A stretch of DNA of 63,932 nucleotides, counting the filler. It is 9 parts of 9 records of this genome, joined end to end, with 100 filler letters (N's around TTAATTAATTAA, not from the genome) between each part and the next. Parts side by side here need not be neighbours in the genome. Positions count along the whole stretch, not along the records: positions 58,915 to 63,932 come from SRR31147125_33380; 8 more parts are not named here. The stretch is one strand, 5' to 3'. The notes below the pieces were generated by a model. That model saw only the letters and a program-made list of their open reading frames with translations, was not told the origin of the DNA and did not search any database. The translations under genes and the position numbers were made by a program. Shown here piece by piece: positions 63,871-63,932 of this stretch. Each line of letters begins with the position of its first letter. Position 1 is the first letter of the stretch.

Positions 63871-63932
63871 TATACCAATTGTAATCTTTAAGATTAGTCT
63901 ATTTACTACGGTATAAACTTGTAATGAGTTTC

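Overview
This window is not one genomic locus. It is nine unrelated contigs joined by identical 100-nt artificial linkers (N-run/TTAATTAATTAA/N-run), consistent with an anaerobic-community metagenome. Taxon labels below are inferred from gene content and composition only. (1) 1-6892, Bacteroidota-like polysaccharide utilisation locus: T9SS-secreted clan GH-A-like hydrolase, susC, susD and a lipoprotein GH42-type beta-galactosidase that the ORF track missed. (2) 6993-13681, spirochaete-like: histidine kinase, TetR, LacI, small lipoprotein, iron-sulfur flavoprotein, an unusual GNAT-histidine kinase-unknown domain fusion, metA. (3) 13782-23799, Desulfobacterales-like: cbiX, tauE, tpx, iorAB, O-methyltransferase, double-Cache GGDEF/EAL protein, leuB. 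(4) 23900-29873: gspE, an exported YidD-TPR-TM2-like fusion, a MITE-like element, a diguanylate cyclase and an IS630 relic. (5) 29974-35787: TRAP dctM-glcD-glcF-larA-XRE 2-hydroxyacid cluster. (6) 35888-46539, Bacteroidota housekeeping: dinB, tex, pspC, AgcS symporter, receiver, mutS2, SSS symporter. (7) 46640-51740, clostridial-like cheC-cheD-cheY-cheA-HD-GYP. (8) 51841-58814: complete echABCDEF, tetrahaem cytochrome c3, tatC. (9) 58915-63932: Bacteroidota T2SS/type IV pilus-like cluster. About 19 frameshifts fall in homopolymer runs and are treated as sequencing errors; the affected genes are reported as reconstructed wholes. The best candidate for an undescribed system is the roughly 664-aa GNAT-HisKA-HATPase-unknown protein translationally coupled to an iron-sulfur flavoprotein (10613-13175). 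Next come the exported YidD-TPR-TM2 fusion, the LarA-homologue catabolic operon and the PUL with an unclassified hydrolase. I saw no rRNA, tRNA or CRISPR array.
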